From Candidatus Poriferisocius sp. (GTDB lineage: Bacteria > Actinomycetota > Acidimicrobiia > Acidimicrobiales > Bin134), in contig OZ244918.1 in assembly GCA_965221865.1 (NCBI GenBank), positions 1,318,724 to 1,382,723 on the forward strand: 64,000 nt of DNA, read 5' to 3'. The position numbers were made by a program, and so were the translations under genes. Each line of letters begins with the position of its first letter. Within the stretch, counting starts at the first letter, position 1. This document shows, piece by piece, positions 46,428 to 56,169 of the stretch. The notes beneath the pieces were generated by a model. That model was not told where the DNA came from and made no database searches. It saw only the letters and a program-made list of their open reading frames with translations.

Positions 46428-47738
46428 GTGTTACGCTTCGGCACTGACGGAGTTCGCGCAAGAGCGTACGAAGACCTCTTCCCTGAGGACTTCATTCGTC
46501 TAGCGCAAGCTGCCGCAGAGGTCCTAGCCCCTACTAACCCGGTAATCATCGGACGCGACACCCGCCACTCGAGCCCCGATTTTGCTAACGCCCTCATGTC
46601 TGGGTTCAGCGCGGTGGGAGTAAGCACAATCAACCTGGGCATAGCCCCCACTCCTGCTGTGGCTTGGGCTGCAGCGCATGCCGACACGCTTGGCGTTATG
46701 GTTTCGGCTTCACACAACCCTTGGAGAGATAATGGCCTCAAGCTATTCAACGCTGAAGGGCTCAAGCTGCAAGACGAGGTACAAGCCGCGCTTGAAGCCA
46801 CTTTGGCTAACGATAAGTGGCAGCCTGTATCTACGCTTGGAGTGCCTAATCGAGCCTTTAGCGGTGCCGATTTACTACAACAATACCAGCATGATTTAAC
46901 CAACAGTGTGAGCTTTAGCACACACAACCTAAAGGTTGTAGTGGATGCGGCTAACGGTGCTGTAACCCCTATGCTCCCTGAACCGCTAACAGCACACGGC
47001 ATAAACGTGATCACAATTAATACTAATCCCGATGGTAAAAACATCAATCGAAAATGTGGCTCAACCTACCATCAAACCGTGGCGCGCGCGGTGATTGCAA
47101 ACAAAGCCGACTTAGGTCTCACCTTTGATGGTGATGCTGATCGAGTGCTCGCGGTAGACCATACAGGCGAGCTAATAGACGGGGACCAAATTATTGCTAT
47201 CTGCGCTGTCGACCGCCAACAACGCAATGCACTGGCAGATAACACTGTGGTGGTAACCGTAATGACCAACCTCGGCTTTCATCGGGCCATGGCGCAGCGA
47301 AATATAGTTGTGGTTACCACCCCAGTGGGTGATCGCAACGTTTTAGCAGCCCTTCAAAAATACCGCTGGGGGCTAGGCGGAGAACAGTCTGGTCATGTTA
47401 TCTTCCCAGAACTAGCCACCACTGGAGACGGCATGATCACAGCCCTGCAACTTCTTGAAGTAATAGCCCGGCATGATATTTCGCTACAAGATATAGCAAA
47501 ACAAGCTATGACCAAGATGCCGCAAGTGCTGCACAATGTAAAGATTGGCCCAACACCTATAGATGAAGCTGTCTTGCAAACAGCAGTAACATCAGCAGAA
47601 CAAACTCTCAACGGCAGCGGACGGGTTCTTGTGCGACCTTCTGGCACCGAACCGGTCATCAGAATCATGGTGGAGGCCGACACCCCGCATTTAGCTGAAT
47701 CCGTTGCCAGCAACGTAGCCGCCGCAATAAACCAATAA
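46428..47738 (+). CDS. glmM: Phosphoglucosamine mutase
   Basis: The translation is (TTG)LRFGTDGVRA... The active-site loop is VMVSASHNPWRDNG and the metal site is FDGDADR. Confidence 0.93.
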   Translation: MLRFGTDGVRARAYEDLFPEDFIRLAQAAAEVLAPTNPVIIGRDTRHSSPDFANALMSGFSAVGVSTINLGIAPTPAVAWAAAHADTLGVMVSASHNPWRDNGLKLFNAEGLKLQDEVQAALEATLANDKWQPVSTLGVPNRAFSGADLLQQYQHDLTNSVSFSTHNLKVVVDAANGAVTPMLPEPLTAHGINVITINTNPDGKNINRKCGSTYHQTVARAVIANKADLGLTFDGDADRVLAVDHTGELIDGDQIIAICAVDRQQRNALADNTVVVTVMTNLGFHRAMAQRNIVVVTTPVGDRNVLAALQKYRWGLGGEQSGHVIFPELATTGDGMITALQLLEVIARHDISLQDIAKQAMTKMPQVLHNVKIGPTPIDEAVLQTAVTSAEQTLNGSGRVLVRPSGTEPVIRIMVEADTPHLAESVASNVAAAINQ

Positions 47739-47766
47739 GAATGGCACACCACTAACCTTGTTTTAG

Positions 47767-50748
47767 ATGTGCGGCATCATCGCAATAGTCCGGCGTAAAT
47801 CGCAAAGAACTGTTCCACAACCATCTGAGGTATTGGCCTTAGTTGATCTGGCTATGCGCTGCTTGCAGAACCTACCTACCAATCTAAAAAGCACATCGCA
47901 ACTACAACAAGCAACAAGCCACCTCAACCAAGCTAACCAGCTTCTAGATGGCATCGCGGGGCTACGGTTACTTTTGTCAGATAAAGTTCTGCGTGAACGC
48001 GTCTACCAGACCATCGCTGAAGTCCACAATCTCATTGAAAACATCCAACACAGCACTAAAAACACAAATCACCTCACCCTAGAAGCCGCAAACGCAGCCC
48101 TAATCAAACTCAAAGATGCAGCTTGGTCCATAAGCAACGACAAGCTACAAACTGCCGAGGCTGTAGCTAACTTCAGCGGATACGCTCCCAGCAAAGCTGC
48201 TATAAGTGCCTTCTGGTCGATTCAAGTAGCTCTAGCCGCATTAGACCGTCTAGAGATACGCGGGCGCGACTCTGCGGGGCTTCACTTGCTAATCCAAAAT
48301 CATGGTCTCAACGTTACCGAACCCGCTATCGCAGATGTTTTGCAACAACGCAGCAACGATCCCAGCTTTCAGTCAAGGTCGGTGCGCTGGGTAGAAGGCC
48401 ACTTGAGTTTCGTTTACAAAACAGCAGCAGAAATCGGCGAACTGGGCGATAACACGAAAGCTCTGCGCGCTGCTATAAGTAACGACACCTTTCTTAAAGC
48501 AGCACTTGCTAACGAAGATGCATCTGTAGTGGTGCTAGGTCATACCCGCTGGGCCAGCGTAGGCACGATCAACGAAGCCAACGCCCATCCGCTCAACTCC
48601 GAACTTACAACCCAGCTGCACTCGGCCAATCAACCGCATACACCATATGCGGTTGCAGCTCTCAACGGTGATGTTGATAACCATGCCAATCTAAGCTCGC
48701 AAAACTCGCTGTCCATTCACCCTGCAATTACCACCGATGCAAAAGTAATACCCACCCTTTGGGCTTGCCGCCTAGCAGCTTACGGCACCCCACTCAGCCT
48801 ACAAAACGTCGTTAATGCTTTCCGTGAAACTGCTAATGAACTACATGGCTCAGTAGCAGTAGCTGCTCAAACTGCCACCCACCCTAACCATATGATGTTG
48901 GCATTACGTGGTAGCGGCCAAGCCCTTTATGTAGGTGCTAGCGAGGATGCCTATGTTGTAGCAAGCGAACCCTACGGCCTTGTAGAGCAATGCAGCAGCT
49001 ACCTGCGTATGGATGGCGAAACTCCAGCTCACCCTAACCATCCCGCAGATAGCAGCGGTCAGATCGTGGTGCTCAACCTTCATGAAGCTGGCAACCTTCA
49101 CACCGCTCAACGGCTCTCCTACAGCGGTACACCGCTGCCCATAACACAAGCTGATATTGCTACCACAGAAATCACCACACGAGATCTCGACCGGCGCGGC
49201 TACCGCCATTACCTGCTAAAAGAAATCAGCGAATCCCAAGAGTCGGTTCGCAAAACTCTACGTGGTCGCCTGATTTCAACTCCGCAATCTGTGCCCCCAT
49301 CAGGCAACTCCCAAAACCAACTCGAACCCGCACTCACTGTTTTGTTTGGCACCGATACCTTGCCTGAAACCCTGTGCCAAAAACTAGCCAGCGGCAAAAT
49401 AACTAAAATTGTTACCATCGGGCAAGGCACAGCAGCAGTAGCCGGACAAGCCCTCGCCTATTTTTTGCGCCAAGAACTCCCACAAATCCATGTCAGCGGC
49501 CTTACTGCTGCTGAGCTATCAGGGTTTGGCCTTAGCGATGATATGGCCAACACTTTAGTTATAGCTATCAGCCAGTCTGGAACCACTACCGACACTAACC
49601 GAACAGTGGACCTTGCTAAACGCCGCGGCGCGTTGGTTATCGGCATCGTCAACCGTCGCAATAGCGAGCTGTGCGAAAAAGCTGACGGCGTGCTTTACAC
49701 CTCCGATGGCCGTGATGTTGAGATGAGCGTTGCCTCTACTAAAGCTTTCTACGCTCAAGTAACCGCTGGTGTGCTTTTAGCTGTTGGGCTAGCCAACATC
49801 ATCAACGGTGCAACTCCTGTGGATGCTTCATCAACTAATGATGCAGCAAACGCAGCACGCCAGCTGCGCCGTCAAAAGCTGCTAGCCACGCTAGCTGCCC
49901 TTCCCACACAGATGGCCGAGGTGCTTGAATCGCAAAACCATATTGCTGAAGTAGTTCGCCGCAGAGGGCTAGGACGCACCTATTGGGCGGTGGTAGGCAA
50001 CGGCCTTAACCAAATCGCTGCCGAAGAAGTGCGTATCAAGCTCTCAGAGCTTTGCTACAAATCCATCTCCTCAGATAGTACCGAAGATAAAAAACATATT
50101 GACTTATCCTCTGAACCGCTTATCTTGGTGTGCGCTTGTGGCCTGTCGGACTCTAACGCCGAAGATGTGGCTAAAGAAGTAGCCATATTTAAAGCCCATC
50201 GCGCGATGCCTATCGTGGTTACAAACCCTTCCCAAGCCCATCTGTATCAAACAGTTGAAGTGCTAAGCGCTCCCACCACGCAATGCCCCGAACTAGCCTT
50301 TGTGCTAACCACCATGGTGGGTCATTTGTTTGGCTACGAATCGGCCTTGGCCATCAACGAGCTAGCTCAACCCCTGCGCGCTACCCGTGCTGTTATCCAA
50401 GATGCTCTAAGCAAAAACCTGCACACTGCTAATATCCAAACCCTAAACACTTCGTTAGAGCCTTTAGCTCAAAAGTTTCTAAACGACCTTAACGAAGGCT
50501 GTTACAACGGTTGTTTACAAGCTAGTACTGCGGTTGCTGTGGCTAACTTGTACCACTTTGCTATAGGAAAAACCCCGCTAGATACCTACCAAATATCCTC
50601 AAATACCATTGATACCATTAGTACTGTTCAGGCAGTTCTAGAAAACTTCCTAACCTGTCTGACTGTAGCTATTGACGAACTAACCCGCCCGATTGACGCA
50701 ATCCGCCATCAAGCAAAAACCGTCACAGTGGGCATTACCCGCCGCTAA
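47767..50748 (+). CDS. Glutamine--fructose-6-phosphate aminotransferase-like protein, unusually large at 993 aa
   Basis: The N-terminal nucleophile is MCGIIAIV. Class-II GATase motifs are RGRDSAG, GHTRWASVG...NAHP and NGDVDNH. Two SIS domains are present (ISQSGTTTDT, VASTKAFYAQ). The C-terminal AKTVTVG is related to the GlmS AKSVTVE tail. Large insertions are described in the findings. Confidence 0.7.
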   Translation: MCGIIAIVRRKSQRTVPQPSEVLALVDLAMRCLQNLPTNLKSTSQLQQATSHLNQANQLLDGIAGLRLLLSDKVLRERVYQTIAEVHNLIENIQHSTKNTNHLTLEAANAALIKLKDAAWSISNDKLQTAEAVANFSGYAPSKAAISAFWSIQVALAALDRLEIRGRDSAGLHLLIQNHGLNVTEPAIADVLQQRSNDPSFQSRSVRWVEGHLSFVYKTAAEIGELGDNTKALRAAISNDTFLKAALANEDASVVVLGHTRWASVGTINEANAHPLNSELTTQLHSANQPHTPYAVAALNGDVDNHANLSSQNSLSIHPAITTDAKVIPTLWACRLAAYGTPLSLQNVVNAFRETANELHGSVAVAAQTATHPNHMMLALRGSGQALYVGASEDAYVVASEPYGLVEQCSSYLRMDGETPAHPNHPADSSGQIVVLNLHEAGNLHTAQRLSYSGTPLPITQADIATTEITTRDLDRRGYRHYLLKEISESQESVRKTLRGRLISTPQSVPPSGNSQNQLEPALTVLFGTDTLPETLCQKLASGKITKIVTIGQGTAAVAGQALAYFLRQELPQIHVSGLTAAELSGFGLSDDMANTLVIAISQSGTTTDTNRTVDLAKRRGALVIGIVNRRNSELCEKADGVLYTSDGRDVEMSVASTKAFYAQVTAGVLLAVGLANIINGATPVDASSTNDAANAARQLRRQKLLATLAALPTQMAEVLESQNHIAEVVRRRGLGRTYWAVVGNGLNQIAAEEVRIKLSELCYKSISSDSTEDKKHIDLSSEPLILVCACGLSDSNAEDVAKEVAIFKAHRAMPIVVTNPSQAHLYQTVEVLSAPTTQCPELAFVLTTMVGHLFGYESALAINELAQPLRATRAVIQDALSKNLHTANIQTLNTSLEPLAQKFLNDLNEGCYNGCLQASTAVAVANLYHFAIGKTPLDTYQISSNTIDTISTVQAVLENFLTCLTVAIDELTRPIDAIRHQAKTVTVGITRR

Positions 50749-50796
50749 AGTTGCCCAATAAGATGATCGCTATTATTAGATAATCCCACTAGTTAA

Positions 50797-52230
50797 ATGA
50801 TTCCCATAGTTACCCCCGCTGAGATGGCCGTTATAGACACTGCTGCACCCGAGCCAATGAAGGTGCTGATCCGACGAGCTGGCTTTGCGCTCGCTAAAAC
50901 TGCGTTGCAAATACTAGGCGGTAGCTATGGGCGGCGAGTAACGGTAATAGCTGGCAAAGGTAACAATGGGGCCGACGGGCGAGCTGCTGCTAACTACTTA
51001 AGTCAAAAAGGTGTGCGTGTAGCGATTGTAGATGCCGCCAAGCCGCCAGCAATCCTACCCCCGGCACACCTCACCATAGACGCTGCCTACGGCACCGGCT
51101 TGCATAAGCCCTACCACCCTGAGGCGCCTCCCGCATTGCTGCAGCCTGCATTGTTGCAACACCCGGCTAGGCCAGCGCCGATACTAGCTGCCGACATTGC
51201 GTCGGGTGTCCACGGGCTAACTGGCGAACTTATTGGCACACCTTGGCAAGCAACCCAAACCCTCACCTTTGGTGCCCTCAAACCTGGTTTGTTGTTGCAC
51301 CCTGGGGCACAATATTGCGGCAAAATAGCATTAGAAACGCTAGGTTTAGATACCTCTCAAGCTACAGCCCACCTAGTTACCGAAGCAACGGTTGCTAGCT
51401 GGCTACCAAAACGTCCACCAGATGCCCACAAATGGCATACCGCTTGCTGGATCATCGCTGGGTCGCCAAATATGTTTGGTGCAGCCTCGCTTGCGGCTAG
51501 TGCTGCGCTGCGTGGCGGCTCAGGGTACGTCCGCTTAAGCATTCCCAGCTACAGTGGTAGCAGCTATAAACCCAGCGAGGCAGTTAGCCACCCTCTCCCT
51601 GCTAGCGATTGGTGGCAACACATCAACCAACAAGACCTGTCCCGCTTTAAAGTTATGCTAGTAGGCCCGGGTCTAGGCACCGATGCAGCAACCACCGCAA
51701 CCATAAAAGATCTTGCTACCAAAACACCGCTTACTTTGATTTTGGATGGAGATGGACTAACAGCTCTAGGCCAAAATGCGGCTGCTGTGTTGCAGGAACG
51801 CCAAGCACCTACCATCCTTACCCCTCATGACGGCGAATACCGCAGCCTCACTGGAACTTCACCCGGCTCCGACCGATTTGCTGCCGCACGACATCTAGCA
51901 ACAAGCACTGGTGCAACAGTTTTGCTGAAAGGCCCCTGCACTGTTGTAGCACAACCTGATGGCACTGCTTTAGCTGTAAACAACGGTGATGCCCGCTTAG
52001 CCACTGCTGGTACAGGCGATGTTTTGGCCGGACTTATTTGCGGCTTGGCTAGCGCTGCTGTATCGCCAATGCAAGCAGCAGCTAGTGCTGGATGGCTACA
52101 TGGCCAAGCCGCACAAGCGCTACCAGCAGCACCCATAGTAGCTGCCGATTTGCTAAGCACTCTGCCACTCATCTGGCAAAAAACTGCTTTTGCACAAACA
52201 TCCCGGCCAAGCTGGCAAAGTGCCTTATGA
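50797..52230 (+). CDS. nnr: Bifunctional NAD(P)H-hydrate repair enzyme (epimerase / ADP-dependent dehydratase)
   Basis: The YjeF N-terminal motif is GKGNNGADG. C-terminal carbohydrate-kinase motifs are VGPGLG and AGTGDVLAG. Confidence 0.85.
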   Translation: MIPIVTPAEMAVIDTAAPEPMKVLIRRAGFALAKTALQILGGSYGRRVTVIAGKGNNGADGRAAANYLSQKGVRVAIVDAAKPPAILPPAHLTIDAAYGTGLHKPYHPEAPPALLQPALLQHPARPAPILAADIASGVHGLTGELIGTPWQATQTLTFGALKPGLLLHPGAQYCGKIALETLGLDTSQATAHLVTEATVASWLPKRPPDAHKWHTACWIIAGSPNMFGAASLAASAALRGGSGYVRLSIPSYSGSSYKPSEAVSHPLPASDWWQHINQQDLSRFKVMLVGPGLGTDAATTATIKDLATKTPLTLILDGDGLTALGQNAAAVLQERQAPTILTPHDGEYRSLTGTSPGSDRFAAARHLATSTGATVLLKGPCTVVAQPDGTALAVNNGDARLATAGTGDVLAGLICGLASAAVSPMQAAASAGWLHGQAAQALPAAPIVAADLLSTLPLIWQKTAFAQTSRPSWQSAL

Positions 52231-53336
52231 GACGAACTTGGGTTGAAGTCAACCTAGCTGCAATCGCACATAATGCAGGATTGCTAGCTGAGCTAGTCTA
52301 CCCTGCCAAGCTGTGCGCCGTAGTTAAAGCCAACGGCTACGGGCATGGCCTTGTTCCAGTAGCCCGCACAGCCATAGATGCCGGTGCGGCTATGTTAGCG
52401 GTGGCCTTAGTAGAAGAAGGTCAGCAGCTACGCAAAGCAGACATTCAAACTCCCATCTTGGTGCTATCTGAACCGCATCCTAAACAGTTCCCCGAAGTAG
52501 TCGCCCATGGCCTTACGCCCACTGTTTACCAGCCAGCAAGCATCAGCGCAGCCAATACCGCCGCAAAAGCAACCAACACAAAACTGCCGGTGCATCTTAA
52601 GGTTGATACTGGCATGGCTCGTGTGGGGGTGGCACCTGACCAAATATTTGGGCTAGCTAACGTTATTGCTGCTTACGACTCTTTGGAACTAGCCGGTGTG
52701 TGGACACACTGTCCGCTAGCTGATACGCCAGACAACAGCTTCACCAAAAACCAAATTCAACGTTTCACAAAAATCTTGTCACAACTCAGAAACGACGACC
52801 ATCACGGTTTTTGCGCTCATTTAGGTAACTCAGCGGTGGCTATGGCATATCCTAACGGCCATCTAGACATGGTGCGTTGTGGTATTGCTCTTTATGGGAT
52901 CGCACCATCGCTAGCATTAGATGGACACATAACTCTCAAATCAGCAATGACAGTTCGTAGCGAGGTGGCTATGGTCAAACGCATCGCTGCGGGCACACCG
53001 GTGTCTTATGGACACCGCTACCGCGCGCCGCAAGATACCCTGCTGGCTACCATTCCTGTGGGCTATGGGGATGGCTGGTCTCGCCAGCTTGGCCTGTGCG
53101 GTGGCGAAGTGCTCATCGGTGGACAGCGCCGGCCTATCGCTGGGGTCATAACGATGGATCAAACCATGGTGGAGTGCAGCCTTGCACACCCTGTGGAACC
53201 TGGCGACGAGGTAATTCTGCTTGGGCGACAAGGCTCAGAGGAGATCACCGCCACTGAAATCGCTACTCGGCTAGATACCATCGGCTACGAAGTCGTTTGT
53301 AAGCTTACCCAACGTATGCCGCTACGGTACAGCTAA
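52227..53336 (+). CDS. alr: Alanine racemase
   Basis: The translation is MRRTWVEVNLAAIAHNAGLL...AVVKANGYGHG, which includes the PLD-independent PLP-binding Lys. The start ATG at 52227 overlaps the nnr stop, and the ORF track extends further upstream. Confidence 0.92.
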   Translation: MRRTWVEVNLAAIAHNAGLLAELVYPAKLCAVVKANGYGHGLVPVARTAIDAGAAMLAVALVEEGQQLRKADIQTPILVLSEPHPKQFPEVVAHGLTPTVYQPASISAANTAAKATNTKLPVHLKVDTGMARVGVAPDQIFGLANVIAAYDSLELAGVWTHCPLADTPDNSFTKNQIQRFTKILSQLRNDDHHGFCAHLGNSAVAMAYPNGHLDMVRCGIALYGIAPSLALDGHITLKSAMTVRSEVAMVKRIAAGTPVSYGHRYRAPQDTLLATIPVGYGDGWSRQLGLCGGEVLIGGQRRPIAGVITMDQTMVECSLAHPVEPGDEVILLGRQGSEEITATEIATRLDTIGYEVVCKLTQRMPLRYS

Positions 53337-53403
53337 CCCCAGCTAAACAAAACCACTGTCTACTGCCCACACGTCTGCTGACTTTCATATTGCAAACTAA
53401 CGC

Positions 53404-54303
53404 CTACACGGTACGAATAGCTTGTTCCACCGCAGCAGCTGTCATAACTTCTAACAACCCTCGTGGAGCTTCTAACTCACCGGTAGCTGCTATTACCAGC
53501 GCATCGCCATCGCTAGCAGTGTGAGCTGGAAAAAGCGCCCTAGCCATACCAGCATGCCCACTGCGTGCTAATCGGTAGCAACCTAGCTTGTCTACTACAG
53601 CGTTAGTTACCACCACTCCTATGGTGGTATTGACTGGCCCCACGGCCCCAGCATCATCAGCATCACTCGCTAATGGGTCAGATGCAAAGGGATCAACTAC
53701 ACGATGCTCATAAGTGCCCGCCACCAAATCTGCTACCACACTGCCGTCGTTTAGGTCTCCAGAAGAGTTCACAGCTACCAGCGCTGTAACTTTTACCTCT
53801 CCTACCTCGACCAGGGCTGCACTCACACCACCGGACTTACGATATTGTGGCCCACGCCATTTGTTCATGGTGGCTCCAGCGCCTACACCCACCATCCCTA
53901 CAGAAGGCCACTGCTCGCTTGCGTTGCGTGCTGCCATATATCCAGCTTCGCGGCCTGGTCGCACCGTGGCATCTCCTTGTGCTAAATCATACAAAGCCAA
54001 ACCAACTACAATCGGTACTTTGCCAGCGCTTGTTTGAAAGCCTCGGCTGTGCTCCTCACACCAAGTCATGACCCCATCGGCAGCGGCTAACCCAAACGCC
54101 GATCCACCTGCTAAAACCACAGCATCTATGCCTTGTACAGTTCGCTCTGGTGCTAACAATGCAAAGTCTCTAGACGCAGGCGCTCCCCCACGAATCTCTC
54201 CGGATGCCACAGTCCCTTCTGGCAACAACACAACCGTGCAGCCGGTGCGCGCCAACTCATCAGTCCAGTGGCCTACTAGCAGCCCACTACCTACGCTCAA
54301 CAC
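53404..54303 (-). CDS. Peptidase family S58 (DmpA/P1 aminopeptidase-like)
   Basis: Characteristic segments are LLVGHWTDELARTGCTVVL, GGAPASRDFALL, LAGGSAFGL and NTTIGVVVTNA. Confidence 0.75.
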   Translation of the reverse strand: MLSVGSGLLVGHWTDELARTGCTVVLLPEGTVASGEIRGGAPASRDFALLAPERTVQGIDAVVLAGGSAFGLAAADGVMTWCEEHSRGFQTSAGKVPIVVGLALYDLAQGDATVRPGREAGYMAARNASEQWPSVGMVGVGAGATMNKWRGPQYRKSGGVSAALVEVGEVKVTALVAVNSSGDLNDGSVVADLVAGTYEHRVVDPFASDPLASDADDAGAVGPVNTTIGVVVTNAVVDKLGCYRLARSGHAGMARALFPAHTASDGDALVIAATGELEAPRGLLEVMTAAAVEQAIRTV

Positions 54304-54400
54304 CAGCTTTCACCCCACAAACTCCCTCTGATAGCAAAATATCATAAACTTTGTGTTACCGCTGATCGCCGGCACTAGCAGTATCTAAGCCAAGTTTGTG

Positions 54401-54733
54401 TCAAGCAGCTTCGGCTGGAGGGTCGATATCAAGTTTGGCCTCGATGCGAGCTAAACGTTCGCCGTGCTCTTTGAACTGCGCGGTGAACTTGTCGGTAAGC
54501 CTGATCTCCATGTCTTTCATCTGGCCAGTGAACTTAATATCCAAGTCCTTAACTTGACCAGTGAACTTAGTGTCTAAAGCATGAATGGCGTTACTAAGTT
54601 CACCAAACTTAGTGTCCATGCTATCTAGCTTGGCGCTAAAGGTTCGCATGAAATGAAACAACATCCCATACAAACCACCAAACAAACCAGCACCCAAAAC
54701 ACTAATCAACGTGGTTGCTATAACAATATTCAT
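54401..54733 (-). CDS. Small membrane-anchored coiled-coil protein with 11-residue repeats
   Basis: The N-terminal TM helix is MNIVIATTLISVLGAGLFGGLYGMLF. It is followed by the repeats LDTKFTGQVKD / LDIKFTGQMKD / MEIRLTDKFTAQFKE. Confidence 0.5.
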   Translation of the reverse strand: MNIVIATTLISVLGAGLFGGLYGMLFHFMRTFSAKLDSMDTKFGELSNAIHALDTKFTGQVKDLDIKFTGQMKDMEIRLTDKFTAQFKEHGERLARIEAKLDIDPPAEAA

Positions 54734-54886
54734 TGTGGAACTCCCTCAAAGAGAGTAAAACACGGGGGAAGTAGCCACCACCCTACCAGCCCACCCAAAA
54801 CAATCAAACAAAAAAACAGCGTCAACTCATCCTGCTAGCAGCGTAACGCGATGGCGAGCCAGATAAGGCGCCACCAGCCAAGACAC

Positions 54887-55791
54887 TCAAAGCACTTCGC
54901 AGCTTGTAGCACGGATGCCACAAGATGTGCAGCGTTGATCTCGTTTGTAAAGGGCATATAGCTGGGTTTTAGTATATTTGCGTTGCGTGCGACCCAAATA
55001 CAATGGTTGAGCTTTGTTGTTGAATATTGCCGGCAAAATGTTGGCTTCACAGGCTAAACGGCGGATTTCTTCTATGCTGATTGGTGTGCCGTCTATGAGG
55101 CCTGCTGTTTTTAGTTGACCAACGATGGTGTCGTAGTCTGCTGTGAGGATAATAGTTGTCTGTTGCGGTTGCGGTTCATAGGTTTCGTTGCCTGTTGAGA
55201 GTTCAGTGTTTACGGTGATTAAGTGTACTAACGCATCTGCGTTGCGTTGCTCATAAGAACGTTCCCTGCCAGTGCGGTAATCTTGTTTGAACATTTGTGT
55301 GGTCATAGCGTCTATAGCGGTTTTCACTCTTTCGCCTGCAACTTGATCAAGCTCAGCGTGTAGGACAACCATGTCATTGTCACCGCTGAATATTTTCGCG
55401 CTGCGACGCTTATGTTGTTGTTCGGTAGGGTTCAACCCTTCAGCAGCTAAACGTTGTGTTTCTGCTTCAAGCACTGTGTTTTTGAAAACATCGCAGATTT
55501 GTTGCACGCCTAAAGCTAGCAGGTCTAGTTGTTCTTCGGTGCTCATTGGTGCTCGGCGATGTGAAGCAACACCAACACAGCACTCAAATAACTTTCAGCG
55601 CGTTGACGCACATCATTAACCTGCAAAGCCAGTTTTACGAGTTCACCAGCATCACAACCAGAAAAATCATTGAAACCAAACCCGTCAACACTAAAACCAG
55701 TATCAGCAGGCAACCCGTCTAAAACATTTAAATTAGTTTGAAAACTATTATATAAACTCATAAACACAAGTATACTCATAAACAATGACAA
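54887..55791 (-). pseudogene. DUF222 / HNH endonuclease gene (13E12-repeat type), split and truncated inside the HNH motif
   Basis: Two abutting ORFs (55543-55791 and 54887-55546) make up the remnant. The conserved part is LIDGTPISIEEIRRLACEANILPAIFNNKAQPLYLGRTQRKYTKTQLYALYKRDQRCTSCG. The protein ends at ...SCEVL*, before the HH...N..LLC part of the HNH motif. Confidence 0.65.
54907..54984. repeat. Copy 1 of a repeat of about 78 nt (HNH-gene 3' fragment); copy 2 is at 56347-56424
   Basis: I aligned the copies by eye at a constant offset of 1440 nt and found about 90% identity. Confidence 0.8.
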
Positions 55792-55834
55792 TACCTACTA
55801 AAAACATAAGAAAATATAGAAATAAAAAAGATAG

Positions 55835-56083
55835 GTGAACTCCATCGGTGATCGCGACGAATCGACCATAATGATCGGTCTGAAGTATCAGTGGCCAACC
55901 GAACGCAGCAACCGTCAAACCCTTGTAGTCGGCTTAGATGACAGCTACGACGCTGCCAACACCACTAAAACTGTTACCGAAGCACTAGCCCGGCAACCCA
56001 CACACATGATGAAAACCCTCACCTGGGACCACCGCAGAGAAATGGCTAGACGGGCAGACATTGAGAAAAACCTCAAAAAATAA
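55835..56083 (+). mobile_element. IS30-family transposase fragment (central DDE-region remnant)
   Basis: The translation is ...GDRDESTIMIGLKYQ...ERSNRQTLVVGLDD...TVTEALARQPTHMMKTLTWDHRREMARRADIEKNL. This resembles the IS30 pattern GDLI.G....ERsSR....L......lP....kTLTWDnG.EMA.H. Only about 80 aa remain, against about 350 aa in an intact transposase. Confidence 0.4.
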
Positions 56084-56130
56084 CAAGTGCCTTGTCAACT
56101 AATAGATAATGCAATAATATAAAAACACTC

Positions 56131-56161
56131 ACCCGGCTCCATGAGGGCCGGGTCTTTTTTT
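56131..56161 (+). terminator. Rho-independent terminator
   Basis: The stem is acccggc (56131-56137) with gccgggt (56147-56153), around a 9-nt loop. It is followed by c and then a T7 run. Confidence 0.6.
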
Positions 56162-56169
56162 AACCACAG

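Noticed and set aside
46361-47047. A 228-aa minus-strand ORF overlapping glmM
   Set aside because: It is antisense to a gene with unambiguous phosphoglucosamine mutase motifs, and it has no recognisable features of its own.
47739-47766. A glmS ribozyme upstream of the GlmS-like gene
   Set aside because: The intergenic spacer is only 28 nt, far too short for the ribozyme of about 170 nt. The ribozyme is also not expected outside Bacillota and their relatives.
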